In this document: one piece after another, positions 63,212 to 64,000 of the stretch
Position numbering within the stretch: the stretch's first letter is position 1
Layout: each line of letters begins with the position of its first letter
Assembly: GCA_964016885.1 (NCBI GenBank)
Contig: OZ024741.1
Span: 258,106,001 to 258,170,000 of the forward strand
DNA length: 64,000 bases
Direction: 5' to 3'
Origin: Eledone cirrhosa
Lineage: Eukaryota
Made by a program: the position numbers and the translations under genes
The notes under the pieces: generated by a model
Told to the model about the DNA's origin: nothing
The model's input: the letters and a program-made list of their open reading frames with translations, nothing else
Databases searched by the model: none

Positions 63212-64000
63212 GTTTCGCTTTACGAGTGTTTCGACTTACGAGTGTTTCAAAATACGAGTGTTTCGGCTTACGAGTGTTTTGATTTACGAGTGTTTTGACT
63301 TACGGGTGCTTCGACTTACGCGTGTTTCGACTTACGAGTGTTTCGACTTACGAGTGTTTCGACTTACGAGTGTTTCGGCTTACGAGTGTTTTGACTTACG
63401 AATGTTTTGACATACGATTGTTTCGGCTTACGAGTGTTTCGACTTACGAGTGTTCTGACTACGAGTGTTCTGACTTACGGGTGTTCTGACTTACGAGTGT
63501 TCCGACTTACGAGTGTTTCGGCTTATGAGTGTTCCGACTTACGAGTGTTTCGGCTTACGGGTGTTTCGACGTACGAGTATTTTTGGCTTACGAGTGTTTC
63601 GACTTACGAGTGTTTTGAATTACGATTGTTTCGGCTTACGAGTGTTTCGACTTACGAGTATTTCGACTTACGAGTGTTTTGACTTATGGGGGTTTTGACA
63701 TACGAGTGTTTCGATACGAATGCTCTGACTTACGAGTGTTCTGACTTACGAGTGTTCTGACTTACGAGTGTTCTGACTTACGGGTGTTCTGACTTACGTG
63801 TGTTCCGACTTACGAGTGTTTCGGCTATGGGTGTTTCGACTTACGAGTGTTTCGACTTACGAATCTTTTGGCTTACGAGCTTTTCGGCTTACGAGTGTTT
63901 CGACTTACGAATGTTTTGGCTTACGAGTGTTTCGGCTTACGGGTGTTTCGACTTACGAGTGTTTCGACTTACGAGTGTTTTGACTTACGGTGTTTCGGCT

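Larger units (their letters stand above)
1..64000 (+). repeat. Satellite array of 16-bp monomers, consensus GACTTACGAGTGTTTC, head-to-tail, running off both window ends
   Basis: Period visible on every line, e.g. near-pure consensus run at about 10045-10140. No inverted (GAAACACTCGTAAGTC) monomer seen on the + strand. ORF track shows the expected 16-aa periodic translation RVFRLTSVSTYECFDL. Confidence 0.99.
51563..64000 (+). repeat. 6229-bp higher-order unit, repeated, with a nested 3520-bp duplication (6229 + 3520 = 9749)
   Basis: 51776/58005 (6229), 51776/61525 and 52617/62366 (9749), 53426/63174 and 54050/63798 (9748). Confidence 0.9.

Noticed and set aside
316-63983. Numerous + strand ORFs encoding (RVFRLTSVSTYECFDL)n
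   Set aside because: Three 16-bp monomers give 48 stop-free nt, so all three + frames yield the same periodic peptide. ORFs end wherever a TGA-bearing variant falls in frame, and 14/15/17-bp monomers shift frames freely. The minus strand carries TAA in each monomer. There is no sign of coding constraint.
1-64000. Telomerase-made repeat (G/T-rich strand; variants TTAAGGG, TTACGGG, ACGGATGT, GGTGTACG recall fungal telomere words)
   Set aside because: Inherited variants, kb-scale duplications and interspersed spacers indicate recombinational amplification, and the telomere-like words are minority variants. A recombination-maintained terminal satellite cannot be excluded without chromosomal position.
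1-64000. Canonical CENP-B boxes
   Set aside because: TTCGACTTACGGG lacks the two bases between A and CGGG required by nTTCGnnnnAnnCGGGn. Kept only as a loose resemblance in the findings.
1-64000. tRNA, rRNA, transposase or reverse transcriptase remnants, or strand inversions
   Set aside because: No sequence other than monomer variants and the 69-bp spacer was seen, and no orientation switch.

Overview
The whole 64 kb window is one head-to-tail satellite array with no credible genes. The monomer is 16 bp, consensus GACTTACGAGTGTTTC (about 3,900 copies by length arithmetic, 44% GC, all in one orientation). Variants fall at a few positions (TTTC/TTTT/TTCT/TTCC, GAC/GGC, GAG/GGG/GAA), and 14-, 15- and 17-bp indel monomers recur. 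The only non-monomer DNA I found is a 69-bp AT-rich segment, seen 31 times, always in the same orientation and at the same position in the monomer, spaced 0.62-6.9 kb apart. Variant monomers form recurring cassettes, which in turn form nested higher-order duplications of about 0.45, 0.72, 0.87, 1.8, 2.5, 2.9, 3.2, 3.5, 5.6-6.0, 6.2 and 15.2-15.5 kb. The listed ORFs are translation artefacts of the repeat. Main leads: (i) the composite monomer-plus-69-bp-spacer architecture; (ii) 'empty' sites that keep both diagnostic flanks but lack the spacer; (iii) the monomer core TCGACTTACGA, which resembles pogo/Tigger transposon end motifs (recalled, not verified) and partly resembles the CENP-B box; (iv) a TATA-like/AATAAA motif on the minus strand of the spacer. 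The architecture suggests eukaryotic heterochromatin, but organism and chromosomal position cannot be determined from this window. Coordinates were read by eye and duplication boundaries are approximate.
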